From Zancudomyces culisetae HAW-14-8 (lineage: Eukaryota; Fungi; Kickxellomycota): a stretch of DNA of 64,000 nt. Below are positions 61,127 through 64,000 of this stretch, one piece after another. Made by a program: the position numbers and the translations under genes. The stretch is taken from positions 992,001-1,056,000 of the forward strand of contig JBNJNM010000012.1 in assembly GCA_052426225.1 (NCBI GenBank), read 5' to 3'. Under the pieces are notes generated by a model, which was given only the letters and a program-made list of their open reading frames with translations, had not been told where the DNA came from and did no database searches. The stretch's first letter is position 1, and every line of letters begins with the position of its first letter.

Positions 61127-62711
61127 CTCTTTTTTTTTCTGCAAACCCTTTTATACCAAATTCTTCTTGTTCTGCCTCGTTTTTTTCCGCTTATTATCTT
61201 TATGTGCTTTTCTATAATATACACAGCTATTTAAAGGTTGTGTTAGTTATATAATAGCTGGAACCTGAATTGAGAATTATAAGCATTCAAAAACATTATT
61301 TTTGTTGATTTAGTCGTCCAGCACTTAAATCTTGGCTGTGCCATGGTGCTAGAGCTACAGAATCTTAATGGTAAACAAGAATTCCTTACATTAAATATTT
61401 ACAATGATCATTTCGGCTTTTATATTAATTTTTGTTGTAAGCTAGTATATTACATTTTTTCAACATTTATTTTTGTTTGTGAAATAACCAAAAAATAGTG
61501 AGCATAAATAATTTTGCCCAACTCTAATAGATAAAATATTGGTGCAAACTGACTTTGCTTGTGACATTTCCCGACTTTAATTTAGCTGAAATGGCTCTGA
61601 TCTAGAACAAAGTCGGAAAACTTCTATTGGACTTGTTGGTAGAGCCGTGCATATACAAATACATATATCTAAATGGAATGTAGTATACCACCAACCATTA
61701 AAACACAGAAAACATTTTTCAAGCTTCGGACAATAATAATACAGGTATATGAACAAACTTGATGTTTTTTGCGCAACTTTGCAAACCCATTGTTTAATTA
61801 CTTTTGTTTTCATCTATGACCCAAACCATTCATACATGAAGTTTGGAGGTAAAAGAACAAAGATGAGCTGTGCATTCTATGGATTATTTACTCAATAAAA
61901 ACTGCTTTTAGGAAAAGCAGCTCAAACGAGATCATTTTATGAGACATGGGAGTACGAGTAAACCCCTCAGCAAATTATCAGCTTTAGAGCGCTTTTATAC
62001 CGCGTTCGAAATTGAGAAAACGGTTTGACTGGCTCACGTGCCCTGTGATTAACATAAACCATAATTACCTCAAAATCATGGAAATAGAAATCCCACCTGA
62101 CTTTATGCAAAGATATCCACTCCCCTTAGCTATCGCTGTGACATTTAGTGATAATACATATAACCAAAATCCGAATTCATTGTCACATCCTCCCCCCCTC
62201 CATCTGTCTCCAAAACCGGTGTATATAACGTACTATCAAAACAAAAGATGAAACAACATTCAAAGTGGATGTTGCCTGAGTGGTGGGGGGTTATAGTGGG
62301 AAAAAAAATTTTTTTTTTCAATACAATCGTTTTTGTTTGTTACAATAATCCTTTGGTTGGTCGTGATTAGCAATGACAAATTGCAGTAAAAGTAACAAGA
62401 GTGACTCTAAACTAGACAAGGAAAACTTACATAAGTTAAATTGTAATCTAAATAAAATTTTTGTTATTGAAGAATCTCAAGCCACTGCCAAATATAAAAA
62501 CTCTAAACCATTACTTCCTCCCTTTCCTGATTCTGCTCCACTTGTCTGTTTTCAATAAAGATAAATAATATAGACTTTAATACACTAATAATATTGTATC
62601 TACAGAGATATCTACTCTGAGATATTCATAATAAGAAAAAGCCGCCGTAACTCAAAAACATATACATAAACGAAAACACAATTAGAGCCTAATACCTGAA
62701 ATTGTAACTAA

Positions 62712-64000
62712 ATGGACTCTGAAAACGTACCGGTGTTGCGTAGTGCCCACCCTGAGCAAAGCTATGGCTCAATAGAAGGTATAAATTCATAATATTTATT
62801 CAAAAAAACCAATGCAACCAGTGTCTGCGCCATTGTTTTTTATCTCGTATGGCTTTCTTTGGACCTGTCACAAAGATAACGCAAAAAAAGCATATTCGTA
62901 GTTGTATCAGTATTTGGATACAGATACATAAAAAAAAGTGTTTTAAAATTGACCAAAACCGATTTATAACTAGGTTCAAGTAGTAGTTCTCATGATACTA
63001 CACAACATTCTGCTTCAAATATGGAGACATTGTACTCGATAATGTAAGTGTATCTATTGAAGCACCCCCCCCCCCTGCTGTTACTATCTGTATCAGTTTT
63101 TTCTAGAAAATGATATCTAATGTAACACTAGCTTTACTTGATTGCGTTGAATAAACCTGTAGGACTATAATAATGGGTACTGGTGTGTTGCAATTGTCGT
63201 ATTCATTGAAACAAGGAGGATGGATAGGCCTTTTATACATAATATTTGCAGGGTTTATTGCAAACTACAGTGGAGATTTGATTGTTAGATGCTTGTATCT
63301 AAACGATGGAAGGAGGCTGAACAACATTTCGGAAATTGGCCACGAAGTGTTTGGAAAAAAAGGAGAATATGTCATAAGGGCATTCAAGTCTATAACTCTG
63401 TTTGGCGCATCTTCAGTGTTTATTTTATTGGCAGGAATAAACATGAATGAGTTGGCGATTCATCTACTCGGTATGGAATCGCACAGAGTGGTATGGATAT
63501 TCGTATCCGCCTTGGTGGTACTGATACCATTAATGTTGTTTAAGGAAGTAACTGAATCACCATTCTTGAGTATATATGGAACATTTACCACAGTGCTGGT
63601 AATAATTATAATAGTTACACTCAGTCTCGTGAAAATGTTGAGGGATCCGGACTTTATAATGCCTAGAACTACATCTATAAAGCTATCAGGGCTCCCCTCA
63701 TCACTTTCATCAATCTGTTTTGCCTTTGGTGGAAATATTGTATGGCCGGATGTGGAAAGGGGAATGAAAAAACGCAAAAGTTTCCCAAAGGTGCTCTCCT
63801 TAGCTAATTTACTCGTGGCGATTATGTATCTGGCTATGGCAGCAGCGGGATATGCGCTATTTGGCGATGAAAATGTTCAATCACCCATCACTATTTCTTT
63901 TGGAAAGAATCTGTATGTGGACATTGCCAACTTTTTTATGGCGGCACATGTTTTGCTAGCCGCACCAATGCTAATAATATCAGTGACAAACGAGCTCGAG
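62712..64000 (+). CDS. Amino-acid transporter (Aa_trans/AVT family), multi-exon, runs off the right edge
   Basis: Manual translation MGTGVLQLSYSLKQGGWIG...ICFAFGGNIVWPDVERGMK...AGYALFGD; two upstream introns inferred. Confidence 0.88.

Noticed and set aside
47043-61254. Many short opposite-strand ORFs over the Rrn11-like, SMC6, OAZ1, metH and MED21 genes
   Set aside because: Antisense shadows without independent support
61577-63777. Short ORFs 61577-61813, 62012-62251, 62373-62558, 63460-63777
   Set aside because: No recognisable motifs; intergenic or antisense to the amino-acid transporter

Overview
AT-rich eukaryotic DNA with short GT-AG introns, most likely from an early-diverging (non-Dikarya) fungus, since it carries a cobalamin-dependent MetH. 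The left ~30.3 kb is a Ty3/Gypsy LTR-retrotransposon island built around a tRNA-Gln(TTG) gene at 28053-28124. It contains one partial element (A), one intact single-ORF element (B), a 3x tandem array of a defective element sharing LTRs (C), about nine abutting solo LTRs of different families, and a truncated element downstream of the tRNA (K). The junctions show repeated insertion at the same few nucleotides (shared 4-bp TSDs GCAC x3 and GTCG x3). This points to several families targeting a fixed position next to Pol III genes, and predicts a second anchor just left of the window. One solo-LTR family encodes a peptide with synonymous-biased divergence and has a hairpin with compensatory changes. 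The right ~31 kb holds host genes: Cet1-like RNA triphosphatase, sphingolipid delta-4 desaturase, SIM-RING ligase, CPT/EPT, OPT transporter, Rrn11-like protein, SMC6, ODC antizyme (+1 frameshift), MetH, Med21 and an amino-acid transporter.
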